The position numbers and the translations under genes were made by a program. Below are positions 9,765 to 19,986 of a DNA stretch of 63,265 nt, one piece after another. How positions within the stretch are numbered: position 1 is the stretch's first letter; each line of letters begins with the position of its first letter. The stretch spans positions 1 through 63,265 of the IMG/VR virus record IMGVR_UViG_3300009414_000002. One strand, written 5' to 3'. The notes under the pieces are model-generated. The model was not told the origin of the DNA, did not search any database, and was given only the letters and a program-made list of their open reading frames with translations. This DNA is from a virus. Taxonomy: Duplodnaviria > Caudoviricetes.

Positions 9765-10082
9765 ATGCATCAATGGGTCAAACAAAACGCTCCGACCATC
9801 GTGGGATGGCTTTTTGCCGGTGGTATGGCTGTGTGGGCTATTTCCGCTTGGCTTTCTGAAATCGAAATGGGTCAAAAGATTATCCACAAGGATGTGAATG
9901 GAGTTGTGACTGGTTTGGAAATGACAAAAAGCCAAGTTGCGAAAAATACTGGAGACATCAGGTCTCTAAAAGAGCGTCAGGTCGATATTGTCGTCAATCA
10001 GGAGCAAGTATCCGAAAACTTGACTGAGTTGGATCGGTTGACCGTAGAGCTCAGAACAATCGTCAAAGAGATCAAAAGATGA
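9765..10082 (+). CDS. Membrane-anchored coiled-coil protein (i-spanin candidate)
   Basis: Single N-terminal TM then coiled coil; after the endolysin. Confidence 0.5.
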   Translation: MHQWVKQNAPTIVGWLFAGGMAVWAISAWLSEIEMGQKIIHKDVNGVVTGLEMTKSQVAKNTGDIRSLKERQVDIVVNQEQVSENLTELDRLTVELRTIVKEIKR

Positions 10083-10348
10083 AACTTTTCAGCGTAATTG
10101 TGTTTTTGATTTTTGCATCTGGGTGTGCCGCGACGTGGCCCGCCGCTTGCATTGTTGAGCCGGTTGAAATGGCAGGCAAAACCGAAAACATGAGGCGTTG
10201 CAAATGCGAAACGTTCAAATTCCGCATTTTGCCCTCTTCGGATGGAGCACCGTCCCCTGCTGGGCGTGTTTTGGTTGAATGCGACGGTCACCTTGTGCCG
10301 TTCCAAGTGAACGCAGCAACGATAAAGATGGGTCAAATGACGCCATGA
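10079..10348 (+). CDS. Lipoprotein (o-spanin candidate)
   Basis: Signal peptide ending FASG-C lipobox; Cys-rich; overlaps the previous gene. Confidence 0.55.
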   Translation: MKLFSVIVFLIFASGCAATWPAACIVEPVEMAGKTENMRRCKCETFKFRILPSSDGAPSPAGRVLVECDGHLVPFQVNAATIKMGQMTP

Positions 10349-10629
10349 CGAACATCACCCCATCGGAACTTGCGGACAAGATCACCGGCACGGCAACAAC
10401 GGCTGCGGCGACATTTGCTGAATCGCTCATATCGAAAGCGTCGGATGTCCACCCTGCCCTTTCCCCGATTGTTTCTGCCATTATCCAGATGGCAATGACT
10501 GAAGAAAACGTTGAAAAGATGAAGGAAGTCATCGAAAACTTGTTGGTGGAGATCATGGGCGATGACTACCCGGTCATTGTCGATGCTGGCGTTGTAGAAT
10601 TCATCGATGAGAGAACAGATGCGGCTTGA
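10345..10629 (+). CDS. Hypothetical protein
   Basis: ATGA-coupled start, helical acidic protein. Confidence 0.5.
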   Translation: MTNITPSELADKITGTATTAAATFAESLISKASDVHPALSPIVSAIIQMAMTEENVEKMKEVIENLLVEIMGDDYPVIVDAGVVEFIDERTDAA

Positions 10630-11048
10630 TACAAATGTTTTTTATCGATCCTGACGAAATACAAGTTGAAGTTGTTTCCGACAATCAAGTTTATGATCAG
10701 TATGCTGGTCGTCCTGTTGCCGTTGTCGGGAGAGACTCCTCTTTCACGGTTCGCGCATCGCTAGAGCCACTTCGCAGGGAAGACCGATTGCCAACGGACA
10801 TCGGCGCAACTCCAAAAACATCATATCTGGCGACCGTTAGAAGGTCTGACTGGGCAACGGCTGACAGCCGGTCCGACCCGAAACCAAGGGACGGAGATCG
10901 AGTCACTGGCCTTCGGAAGTTGTATTCCACGACTGAATCTTTTGAAACGGTGGATCTGTACATCAATGGCGTAAGCGCTTCTGGGTCCACTGCGGGTGGA
11001 TTCAGCTATTGGGCAATGACGCTTGTTGACAGGGAGGCGCGGGACTGA
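10626..11048 (+). CDS. Putative head-closure/stopper protein
   Basis: Size, P..GDR motif, position before the neck gene. Confidence 0.5.
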   Translation: MIQMFFIDPDEIQVEVVSDNQVYDQYAGRPVAVVGRDSSFTVRASLEPLRREDRLPTDIGATPKTSYLATVRRSDWATADSRSDPKPRDGDRVTGLRKLYSTTESFETVDLYINGVSASGSTAGGFSYWAMTLVDREARD

Positions 11049-11659
11049 TGGTTGGCCCTCGCCATATGCGCGGAAGGATGAAACTCGGCTATTCCATGAA
11101 AGGCATGGACGAATGGCTGAGCATGACCGATCCAAAGCGCGTTGAAGTGGTATTGAAGCCAGCAGTTGCCGCTGGGCTCAAAGCAGCCAGCTTGTTCATG
11201 GAGAAGCGAATCAAAAGTGCGATTCATGACCGACATTATGCGCCTAATGCACCACTTACGGTTGCAATGAAGAACAGCAGTCTCCCTTTGGTCGATACAG
11301 GGCGCCTTGCGGGTTCAGTTTCACATAAACTCTTGAAGTGGAACCATGCAGTTGTCGGAGCATCTCTTTTTAGAGGAGGGGCAAATGTTGGCCTTGCAGT
11401 TCACGATGGATTTACGGTTGATCTAACACTCCCACAATACGCCGCGATGCGAAAGCTGCTTCATGCACAGGTGTCGAAATTAAAGAAAGGCGGTTTTTTG
11501 ACTGGTGGATCAATGTCTCCAATGTCCGGCTTTTTGGTGGTTCCACCTCGGCATTTCATTAAAAAACCGTTTAACAATCTTGCAAATATGAAGGCGGTTA
11601 AGAAGATACTGGGAAAATTTGTCCAAGCGGCCATGATCAAGTCCGCGTTTGCCAAGTAG
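11048..11659 (+). CDS. Neck/virion morphogenesis protein (Mu gpG / HK97 gp10-like)
   Basis: APNAPLTVAMK.SSLPLVDTGRL and VPPRHFI motifs. Confidence 0.75.
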   Translation: MVGPRHMRGRMKLGYSMKGMDEWLSMTDPKRVEVVLKPAVAAGLKAASLFMEKRIKSAIHDRHYAPNAPLTVAMKNSSLPLVDTGRLAGSVSHKLLKWNHAVVGASLFRGGANVGLAVHDGFTVDLTLPQYAAMRKLLHAQVSKLKKGGFLTGGSMSPMSGFLVVPPRHFIKKPFNNLANMKAVKKILGKFVQAAMIKSAFAK

Positions 11660-11668
11660 GGGCGTAGA

Positions 11669-13021
11669 GTGCTTGTTGACACCGTAATGAAAGTCGAAGC
11701 AGCCCAAAGCGTGTATGGGTCGCCAATACTTACCGCAACGCAATCCGACAGCACCGCTAGAGCAGCCGATGGGTACAAGTGGTTAAGCGCGTACCGGTTG
11801 AAGTTCGATGGGCCAACATCGAAATACCCTGCTACCGGTAGGGTTGTGTTCCCTGCGGTTGTAAGTTTGAACTTGAAGTCGTTCCCAAAGATACGTCTTA
11901 CGTTTTTTGATTCCACGAGGCCAGACCCGGACGGTGAAGCATCGGACTACGCCGGAACAACGATCCAAGCCCGAGTTCACAATGGGACGGCATCGTTTTA
12001 CTGGAATGGTTCGACATGGGCTCCAGTAACGGACGACGATGCAAACTGGAACACGCCCACGGAAGTTGAAACAAACGCCTACCCAGCTCTTATTGCGACG
12101 ACTGGCTTTGGGCTCGAGTTCAAGCTCAACACAACGGATTTGACCAAAACTCCAAAATTGTATGGCGCATCATCGCTCTGGAGGTTGGATCTTTCTTCAA
12201 GGTCTGGCGCATACAAACTTGCTGATTCTTGGACGGATGATGCCGTACATAGGACTTTGATTCCTTGGCTTACCAGCTTGACGTTCCACAGGTCATTTGA
12301 AGCGGTTATTGCGGCTGGTGTTCTGGAAATACCACTGTCTTCTCTGGATGGGTATACGGTATCGAGCGTTACCAGCGCGTACTGGCTGGACACCGATCCT
12401 TACAGAAGAGGCACTGCGGAAACGGGAACTTACAATTCCTCAACAAATGTTTTCACATTGTCAGCAAACGCCAAATCTTCGCCAACAAGAATCCATTTGG
12501 ACTTGGAATGCACGGTTGGGGTTGTGTCTTCGCCCCATGAAGACTTGGTGACCGCAAAGGTCCCGGTAGTTGTTTTGACAACACTCGACAAGGAAGTCAC
12601 AAAAAACGTCGGAAAAACGGGCGTAAAAGACAATAGTGTGGTAATGGAAATACCAGCGCCACAATGTGTGAATCTCGGTCTTTCTTTGAGGATCGACGCG
12701 CCAGACCCCAAAGACTGCTGGTCAGTTTGGGAAAAAATTGAATCCCAGTTCAAAGCTGGGAAGAGCATATCACTGGTAAGTGAAGGCACTGCAAGGCCCG
12801 TGTATGTTGCAGTTCCAAGAGACGATGTTTTCCAATCACCGCAAGGTGGTGGTGTTTTATCTTCGCTAACCGCGACTATGGCCCTCAGATACCACACATG
12901 GTATGCTGGGACCGCTGTTCAAAAGGCACTTGTGGCCGAAGCGACCCAAGTTGGAGATGGCATCCCTGTGAGTGCCATTACTTTTGAAGTGGCGGCCTTG
13001 GATGTCCCGGTTAGCGTGTAG
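11669..13021 (+). CDS. Putative tail terminator with long N-terminal extension
   Basis: Position between neck and sheath; unusually long (450 aa). Confidence 0.45.
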   Translation: MLVDTVMKVEAAQSVYGSPILTATQSDSTARAADGYKWLSAYRLKFDGPTSKYPATGRVVFPAVVSLNLKSFPKIRLTFFDSTRPDPDGEASDYAGTTIQARVHNGTASFYWNGSTWAPVTDDDANWNTPTEVETNAYPALIATTGFGLEFKLNTTDLTKTPKLYGASSLWRLDLSSRSGAYKLADSWTDDAVHRTLIPWLTSLTFHRSFEAVIAAGVLEIPLSSLDGYTVSSVTSAYWLDTDPYRRGTAETGTYNSSTNVFTLSANAKSSPTRIHLDLECTVGVVSSPHEDLVTAKVPVVVLTTLDKEVTKNVGKTGVKDNSVVMEIPAPQCVNLGLSLRIDAPDPKDCWSVWEKIESQFKAGKSISLVSEGTARPVYVAVPRDDVFQSPQGGGVLSSLTATMALRYHTWYAGTAVQKALVAEATQVGDGIPVSAITFEVAALDVPVSV

Positions 13022-13038
13022 AAATAGGAGCTTGAGTC

Positions 13039-15921
13039 ATGCCGCAGACTTATACGGTTGGAGCGAAGCCGGGAAAGGCAGGAACTTCTGTTAGCGTTGT
13101 TACACCTACTGGTGCTGGCGCTCTTTCTCCATTCGGAACAACGTGCTACGTCGGCGCGTTCCGGTGGGGTCCGATGGACAAAGCAATCAGCCATGTAGTC
13201 GGTGGAATCAATCACTACCGAACCCTTCGCGGAACTCCGATGAAGGACGATTATACCGCGCTCGCAATTGAGCACGGATATAAGGTTGCCGGTTCGTCAA
13301 TCAGGACGGTCACTTACCGCGTTGGCGATGGAAACCAAACTCAAGCGACCACAAGCTACTACCAGCGACTCATCCAGAGGAACATTACAGATCAGTTCAC
13401 CGTTGCCGGTAATCCAGCCCTTCCGCTGAACAGCGCTTTCACTTTGAGCGGAGCGTTCCCCGGTCGCAGGGGAGGCCGGTACATTCGGTTTGGCGCTGAG
13501 TACCCCACCGGGACTTACCCGATCTCTGGAAACACATTCGCCACGTCAGCGGTTGGCTGGGGAAAAGATGCGTACAAAGGATTCACGATCCATTTCGGAC
13601 CCGGCAGCACGTACGCATTCACGATCCTCGCCAACGACACTTCCGGCAACGTGACAATCGATGGGAGCTTTGCTCAGAAGATCGATGCCGCTGGAACGCT
13701 CCTCGGAACAGCACTGAACGCCCTTACGGCTGGTGTTGCTTCATGGTGGGTTTCGTCTGAGAACGTAAATGAGCTTGGTGTTACCGAGTCCGTCTCTCTC
13801 CGCATTGAAGAAGACCCAATATCGGCGCACAAGTTCCGCTTTGTTGTTGGGGCTGACGGTGTTGACTACGGAAGTTACGAGAATTTGGAAAACGGAGCCA
13901 ATCAGCCCCGACATTTCCAATCAATCGTAAATTCGGCGTCAGACACGCTTGCTGAAACCAACATCGCAATCTCTTCTGACCAGTTCCCCGCTTCAGGCGT
14001 GGCTCTGACGAACGAAGAATACAAGCCCGCTGGCTGGGTTGGACTTGGTGAGTGGGACGGGAACGGCTGGCAAGACCAGACGACAGCAACGCTTGGGTAC
14101 AACCAGTTCAAAGTGAACACGTACAAGTGGTCGCGGGTTGGAAGTCATGACTGTTACATCGAAAGAGGTACGGTCACACACCCGGCGAGCGCCGACGTGT
14201 TTCCTTGTGAAATTCGTTGCACGTTCATTTCTGGAACAAACTTCACAGTTGCGGTTTATCCTCATGGAAGCTCAACCGCCTTGTTCTATGCGACAAACGG
14301 CGGGGCTGGGTATGCAAGCGCAACCAACGTTCCTTTGAGGGAAATGTTTGGTATTTTGCCGACATTCCAAGTCAATGTTGGTGGTGGTCCGTCTATCGGC
14401 AATTCGGTATCGCTTTGGTACAATCCGCTGCCACCGGGTCTTTCCAAAAAGAACGCTTGGTTCTACCCGAACGGACTTTCTGCTGAAGGAGATCACCGGC
14501 TCAAGTACCGGGTTCTCAACAACACGCTCGACACAGCCACACTGAAAGTTCCTGTTGGGTCCAGCATCCACGATGAAATCGGCGCACCGCGGCCTGCAAT
14601 CGCGACAGCCCCAACGGCTGGTCCGTATGTTGTTGCTGGCGGCGCAAGCGATGTGATGATCTTCGTCGATGACTTGGGCAATACCCGAACCTTGGGCGCA
14701 GTTGCCGCTGGAACAGTCACGGCTACCGCTCTCGCGGCTCTGTTGAACGCAGAAGTGTTGTCGGTTTTGGGTGCAGCAAATCTTCGCGCTGTTTTCGGCG
14801 CTACGACCGTTTCTGGCGCATCTCATTTGACAATGAGGAATACGTTCTCGTTTGGACCCGGAACCACTATTGGCGTTGGTGCTGGGAACATGAACACCAT
14901 CACTGGCTATGTCGCCGGGACAACCAACGGGACAGACGGTGGGACTGCAGTCATTCAGTACGACAAGACGCCCGCTGGCGGCAGGGATGGTCTTGGAGCT
15001 CTCGGTGAAAACAACGAATACGAGAACGCCTTTGACGCCACAGACAGCCATTTGAATACGATGGCTACGGAAAACTTCGGTCTGGTCAAGTTGGCAAATC
15101 CGGGGATTTCAACTCCAGCGGTAATCAATGCTGGCGTTGACTATGCGTTTGCCGCGGGTTGGCGTTATGCGCCGACGTTGCCCGTCCCCGCTACGGTTGC
15201 TAATGAAGCCGCTGCGGTTGCTTGGGTGTTGGCGAACATCACATTGGCCGATGATGCGAGAAACATGATGGGTGCGTACTGGCCCGCATGGGGAACGGCA
15301 AAAATCAATCCGTTCGACAAGGGCGAATTGCAAGTCCCAATCGTTGGACCGGCTCTTGGTTTGCAGGCGAAGTACGCAGCAGACTTCAATGGTTATCATC
15401 GGGCAACCGCTGGGTTGAATGCGGACATTTCCACAATCATTTCCAAGTTGCCAACGGATGACAATGGAATAGGCATCGAGACGGATGACTACACTCTCAA
15501 TCAAATCGGACTTGTGGCTGTAAACCATTACGGTCCGAAGATTGTTCTCTGGGGTGCCCGGTCGCCTGAGCTTCAAGGTTCCGGTCAAATTTGGTCACAC
15601 AAGTGGGATTGTCTGCTGCACATTGCTGCGGAACTCCGCGTGTTGAGCAAGAAGTACGTGTTTGAAATGATTCCTGACGTATGGCCTGAGATTGTAGGGT
15701 TCACCCAAGCTCTATTGGCACCCAAGTATGCTGCCGGGTGGTTCATTGGAGGAACGTTTGGTGAGGCGGTTCAGATCGTTTGCGACACGTCAAACAATCC
15801 AACTGCAATTCAAGATGCCGGTAAGGTCATTTGTACGGTAACGATTCTCGGGATCAAAGGTGTTGCCGAGAAGATTGAGTTCACTGTCGGCACTAGCGGC
15901 GTTGCAGTCGCCATTGGCTAG
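13039..15921 (+). CDS. Tail sheath protein (960 aa, large central insertion)
   Basis: N-terminal PG..V, T..VG...WGP; C-terminal YWPAW, LN.IG, WGARS, I.CD..NN, AEKI.F. Confidence 0.9.
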   Translation: MPQTYTVGAKPGKAGTSVSVVTPTGAGALSPFGTTCYVGAFRWGPMDKAISHVVGGINHYRTLRGTPMKDDYTALAIEHGYKVAGSSIRTVTYRVGDGNQTQATTSYYQRLIQRNITDQFTVAGNPALPLNSAFTLSGAFPGRRGGRYIRFGAEYPTGTYPISGNTFATSAVGWGKDAYKGFTIHFGPGSTYAFTILANDTSGNVTIDGSFAQKIDAAGTLLGTALNALTAGVASWWVSSENVNELGVTESVSLRIEEDPISAHKFRFVVGADGVDYGSYENLENGANQPRHFQSIVNSASDTLAETNIAISSDQFPASGVALTNEEYKPAGWVGLGEWDGNGWQDQTTATLGYNQFKVNTYKWSRVGSHDCYIERGTVTHPASADVFPCEIRCTFISGTNFTVAVYPHGSSTALFYATNGGAGYASATNVPLREMFGILPTFQVNVGGGPSIGNSVSLWYNPLPPGLSKKNAWFYPNGLSAEGDHRLKYRVLNNTLDTATLKVPVGSSIHDEIGAPRPAIATAPTAGPYVVAGGASDVMIFVDDLGNTRTLGAVAAGTVTATALAALLNAEVLSVLGAANLRAVFGATTVSGASHLTMRNTFSFGPGTTIGVGAGNMNTITGYVAGTTNGTDGGTAVIQYDKTPAGGRDGLGALGENNEYENAFDATDSHLNTMATENFGLVKLANPGISTPAVINAGVDYAFAAGWRYAPTLPVPATVANEAAAVAWVLANITLADDARNMMGAYWPAWGTAKINPFDKGELQVPIVGPALGLQAKYAADFNGYHRATAGLNADISTIISKLPTDDNGIGIETDDYTLNQIGLVAVNHYGPKIVLWGARSPELQGSGQIWSHKWDCLLHIAAELRVLSKKYVFEMIPDVWPEIVGFTQALLAPKYAAGWFIGGTFGEAVQIVCDTSNNPTAIQDAGKVICTVTILGIKGVAEKIEFTVGTSGVAVAIG

Positions 15922-15938
15922 AGGAGGATTTAGGCAAA

Positions 15939-16412
15939 ATGGGATTGCAAAACCCTGTACATGATTTCGCACAGCTAAACACGCTTAATTTCAAGCTGAA
16001 TTCTGTGCCTTGGGGCGAGTTTAAATTGGAATCGTTCGGTACTCTGGCGAGAACGCTTTCTATTGCCAATGCCCCGACGAACCAAGCGATTTCGACCGGG
16101 AAGCAGTCACACGAAACCCCGGAGTTTTCAATTCTCGCTGGCAATCAAACCGACTGCGTACTCATGGAACTCTGGTATCAAGCGGTAAAAGCAGGCGTCC
16201 TTGGATACAAAGTCACTGGAACGCTGTCTGGATATTCGGAACATCAATCCACTAGCGGTGACGATCAGACGAAGTTGCTCGTGATTATGAGCGAGATTTT
16301 CCCGATTGAGTTTTCGACTCCCGCATTCAGTACCGATGGCGACGGGGAAGCTGGAATGATGACTGGCAGATTCAGCGTATTTGGAACACATCCACTGTTC
16401 CTTGCTGGCTAG
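15939..16412 (+). CDS. Tail tube protein
   Basis: 157 aa directly after the sheath; strong RBS; T4 gp19-like layout. Confidence 0.75.
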   Translation: MGLQNPVHDFAQLNTLNFKLNSVPWGEFKLESFGTLARTLSIANAPTNQAISTGKQSHETPEFSILAGNQTDCVLMELWYQAVKAGVLGYKVTGTLSGYSEHQSTSGDDQTKLLVIMSEIFPIEFSTPAFSTDGDGEAGMMTGRFSVFGTHPLFLAG

Positions 16413-16461
16413 TCGGTTCGCGAAAGTTCGATTGCCGAAAGGCACAACAAGGAGGGTGTAG

Positions 16462-17400
16462 ATGCGTTTGGTTGAAAATACCGCTGTATCAATTCGTCCA
16501 GATGAGGGCGTGATTCGAGCGGTTGAAGATTTGCTCACAAGTGAGTTGGAAAAAGGCGAATTTGCGTTTACGCATAGGCCGATCACAACAACTCTTGGAG
16601 AGCACGGCTCGAAATTCCTCATGGGCTACGCCGCTGTAGACGGAAGTGGCCCACCCCAAGGCAGATTCGAACTCCGCTCACCGACAATCAGAGAACAAGT
16701 TCAAGCAACTCAAAAGATCCGCGCTGCGTCGAAACAAGGCGCAACGCCCGGTCAGCAAGTTGCTTTGATTTTGAGTCGCTACCTCGTGAGTGCGGAAGGC
16801 ATCCCGATGGAGGGCCTTGCAGAGCGAAAAAAAGAAGCCATGTTGACCAAACTCCCCACTGGCGACATTGGCTACATGACCTTGTATCTCCAATACATTT
16901 TGGAAGATGGTGAACAGCGCCTTCCTGTTGTTTACGATTGCCTAGCGTGTGCTCTCAAAGTTGAAGCCCCAACTGTTGATCTGGGAAAACGCCAAGTCCA
17001 TTACTTTGACTACGATTCCGAGCATCAGCCATATGCCGTTTACAATCTACGTCACCCAGTCAAGCTAAGAGACCACGTAGCCAAAGCGGTCGTCCTTGGC
17101 CCCACACAGTTCAACATGACCATGCTGAATGCCACTGATAAACAGCTTCCGGTTGGTGTTGACTATCAGGCAAAAGTTCTTGCGAACGCGATCAAAGGAA
17201 CCGATGAAGGTCCTTTGAAGGGCACATTGAGCGAGTTGGAAGTTTTTCAGATGCACATGAAAGACTTGACCAATTGCTTCAATGCAGTGAATCAGTTGAA
17301 TTGTGAACCGGCAGAGTGGTTGAATCACGACTGCCCCAAGTGTGGAACGGAAAACAATCTCCAATTTGCGTGGACGGACCGCAATTTTTTTGGGGAATAG
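16462..17400 (+). CDS. Tail assembly chaperone (two-repeat, CxxC motifs)
   Basis: Between tube and tape measure; CLAC and CPKC; ends at slippery site with NFF. Confidence 0.7.
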   Translation: MRLVENTAVSIRPDEGVIRAVEDLLTSELEKGEFAFTHRPITTTLGEHGSKFLMGYAAVDGSGPPQGRFELRSPTIREQVQATQKIRAASKQGATPGQQVALILSRYLVSAEGIPMEGLAERKKEAMLTKLPTGDIGYMTLYLQYILEDGEQRLPVVYDCLACALKVEAPTVDLGKRQVHYFDYDSEHQPYAVYNLRHPVKLRDHVAKAVVLGPTQFNMTMLNATDKQLPVGVDYQAKVLANAIKGTDEGPLKGTLSELEVFQMHMKDLTNCFNAVNQLNCEPAEWLNHDCPKCGTENNLQFAWTDRNFFGE

Positions 17401-17597
17401 GGCTCAGTGATGAAGAATACGCTGCATTATTGTGGGAACTTCGCGCCTTGGGTCCGGGCGTAGTAGATAGGTCCACAAGGAGTGAAGTTCATGCGTTGAT
17501 AGACGCAAAGTGGAAGCATATGCACAAGCTCCACTACGATCAAAAGGAAGGAAAAAGCAATCTAGCTGGCGTGATTGCTTTCGGCGTTTATGGCTAA
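17385..17597 (+). CDS. Frameshift extension of the tail chaperone (G-T type, -1 frame)
   Basis: T TTT TTT slippery heptamer 17385-17391; the -1 frame stays open to 17597. Confidence 0.7.
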   Translation, partial: FFWGIGLSDEEYAALLWELRALGPGVVDRSTRSEVHALIDAKWKHMHKLHYDQKEGKSNLAGVIAFGVYG

Positions 17598-19983
17598 AAG
17601 ATTTTCCATTGTAGGCCATATTGATGTCAGCGGCATTCCCCGTGCCGTTTCCAACATGAGAACCTTGCACATGGCGTCACGCCAAGTGGCGCATTCAATG
17701 GATGGAGTGTTTCGCGCATCTGGCCGGGCTTCTGTAGGGATGTCCAGTATGGCTAAAAGCGCTGTTCTTGCAAAACTGGCAATGACTGGTGTCGGAGTGG
17801 CTGCAAGGACTGCCCTTGGACTCATGCAAAGCATTGCCGTTGGCGCTACTGTTGGCGGGATTGCGGTCGGTCACGCTGCAAAGACGTGGGGTGATTTCAC
17901 TCTTGCGATTGGAGAGGTCAATACGCTCTTGGACCCCGGGTCAAGTGCTATGGATATGTTTGGCGAAAAGATTAAAAAGCTGGCTGTAGACACAGGGCAG
18001 TCAACTGGTGACATCACTCGAGGGCTGTACCAAGCCATTTCAGCAGGCATCCGTGTTGGCGAAGGCGGTTTGAACGTCTGGGAGTTCGTAACAAAGTCGG
18101 CACAAACTGCTGTTGGCGGTCTTACGGACGTTGAAGTTGCCGTAGATGGGCTAACAACACTCGTCAATGCGTATGGAGAGTCTACTGTTGGTGTGGATCG
18201 TGCCCAGCGCATGATGTTCGAAACAATGAAGCTCGCCAAAATGCGTATTCCAGACCTCGCATCAAATCTTGGAATGGTTGTTCCTTTTGCGTCTCGCCTT
18301 GGCGTCAGCATCGAAGAACTCGGATCGATGTACGTGGCGTTGACCCGTGCCGGGATGAGTTCTGAGCAAGCGGGAACCAGAATTCGTAACATAATGATGG
18401 CTTTGATCAAGCCATCCAAGGACGCGACTGAAGCAGGCAGGGGAATGGGCATGGCATGGACTGGCGCTGCAAACGCGGCACTGGTTCAAAAATACGGACT
18501 CCTCCCTGTTTTGGAGTTGATCAAGGAAAGAACTGGCGGGACCATATCTGAAATCACCAAACTGTTTCCCAACATTCGTGCGTTGGCTGGTGCACTGCAC
18601 ATCCTTGGAGAGGAAGGCAACTTTTTGATGACATCTGCCTTTGGGGATCTTGAAAAAGAGATGGGCGGGATAACAAACAACGCCGAAAAAGCGGTCAAGG
18701 ATATTCAAAAAACATTCGGGTTCCAGTTCAAGCAACTGATGATTGCTATCCAAGTTGGATGGGCAGAAGTTGGGCGCGGACTTGTGGAAGGAATGGGGCT
18801 GAATCTTGGAGAAGCCGCTGACACCATGCTAAACGCAAAACCGAGCTTCCGTGCAAACGCGAAAGCGTTTGGAGAAGGTTTGGTAGAGGGTTGGACGGCA
18901 AGCGGTGCCGCCGATATGTTTTCAGATCTCTTCGAAGGAGGGGCGAAAGGAGAAAACGCATGGAAAGGCTTTGCTCGGGTTTTCTCGCGAGTAACTGGCG
19001 AAATGACCGTTCAGATCGGTAACTTGGTGACGGCAGTCGACGGCATTTCTGAAGCATTCAATGGTCTTGGCAATGCCATACTCTTCGTTGGAGGCATTTG
19101 GGCGGCAAGCAAGCTCTTCGCCTTGTTCACATGGATGAAAGGTGCTGGACTCATCGGTGGCGCTGCTGCCGCAGGGTCTCAATTGTCATTGCCTCTAGCA
19201 ACTGGGGCTGCAAGCGCAGGTAAAATGGCTGCCATTGGCGCAATGGCAGTTCCGGGGGCTATTGCCGGGGCGGGTTTGGCTGCTGCCGGTGGGTTCATGT
19301 CTGAAACAGGCGCAACGGACAACATATTTCACCAGATGACTGGTGGGTTTTTCAAAGAAAGTGGCGGGCTCGACTTCGCATCGAGGCAAGGGGTCATTGT
19401 TGCCGGTAAACTTAGATCGCTTACGAACTTGGCCGGAGGACAATCCCCAGCAGAGTGGCACAAGCCTGTGGGAGTTAAAGGTTATACAGCCCAACAGCAA
19501 AGGGACATGACTCGAACGGGAATCGCTCAAGCCAAAGCAAAACAAGCAGAAAGCATGAAGTGGTGGAACGCAACAGGAAGGGGTGCTGCTTCAAAACTTG
19601 GGTCCGATCTCAAAGCCAAAACGATGGGTCAGTTCGCAAGCAAATACGAACCGTGGTCAAAGATGCTATTTGGGCGTGACTTGAGCACTTTGTCGGAAGA
19701 TTTCAAAGAAGTGGGGAGAGCCATTGTCCTTGGTTACGCAGATATCCAAGAAGCATTCAGTCAAGACATCAACATGGAAAACACCGTCAATGTGAAAGTC
19801 GAAGATGACGAAAAGAAAGGCGGGTCGAAAAGCAGCAAAAAGAAAATACGTCTCAAGGAGCGCGGTATTGGAGCGGCGACTGGTCGGCGTTACTCCATGA
19901 GCAACTACTTCATTCTCAGGGGAGATGAAATCTTGCCCGTCCCAGATGAGTTCATTTATCAAGTGGGTGCGCCAAGGGGGTAG
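17590..19983 (+). CDS. Tape measure protein (TP901-family core)
   Basis: GLYQAISAG, AGTRIRNIM; Ala/Gly-rich helical repeats. Confidence 0.9.
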   Translation: MAKRFSIVGHIDVSGIPRAVSNMRTLHMASRQVAHSMDGVFRASGRASVGMSSMAKSAVLAKLAMTGVGVAARTALGLMQSIAVGATVGGIAVGHAAKTWGDFTLAIGEVNTLLDPGSSAMDMFGEKIKKLAVDTGQSTGDITRGLYQAISAGIRVGEGGLNVWEFVTKSAQTAVGGLTDVEVAVDGLTTLVNAYGESTVGVDRAQRMMFETMKLAKMRIPDLASNLGMVVPFASRLGVSIEELGSMYVALTRAGMSSEQAGTRIRNIMMALIKPSKDATEAGRGMGMAWTGAANAALVQKYGLLPVLELIKERTGGTISEITKLFPNIRALAGALHILGEEGNFLMTSAFGDLEKEMGGITNNAEKAVKDIQKTFGFQFKQLMIAIQVGWAEVGRGLVEGMGLNLGEAADTMLNAKPSFRANAKAFGEGLVEGWTASGAADMFSDLFEGGAKGENAWKGFARVFSRVTGEMTVQIGNLVTAVDGISEAFNGLGNAILFVGGIWAASKLFALFTWMKGAGLIGGAAAAGSQLSLPLATGAASAGKMAAIGAMAVPGAIAGAGLAAAGGFMSETGATDNIFHQMTGGFFKESGGLDFASRQGVIVAGKLRSLTNLAGGQSPAEWHKPVGVKGYTAQQQRDMTRTGIAQAKAKQAESMKWWNATGRGAASKLGSDLKAKTMGQFASKYEPWSKMLFGRDLSTLSEDFKEVGRAIVLGYADIQEAFSQDINMENTVNVKVEDDEKKGGSKSSKKKIRLKERGIGAATGRRYSMSNYFILRGDEILPVPDEFIYQVGAPRG

Positions 19984-19986
19984 CAA

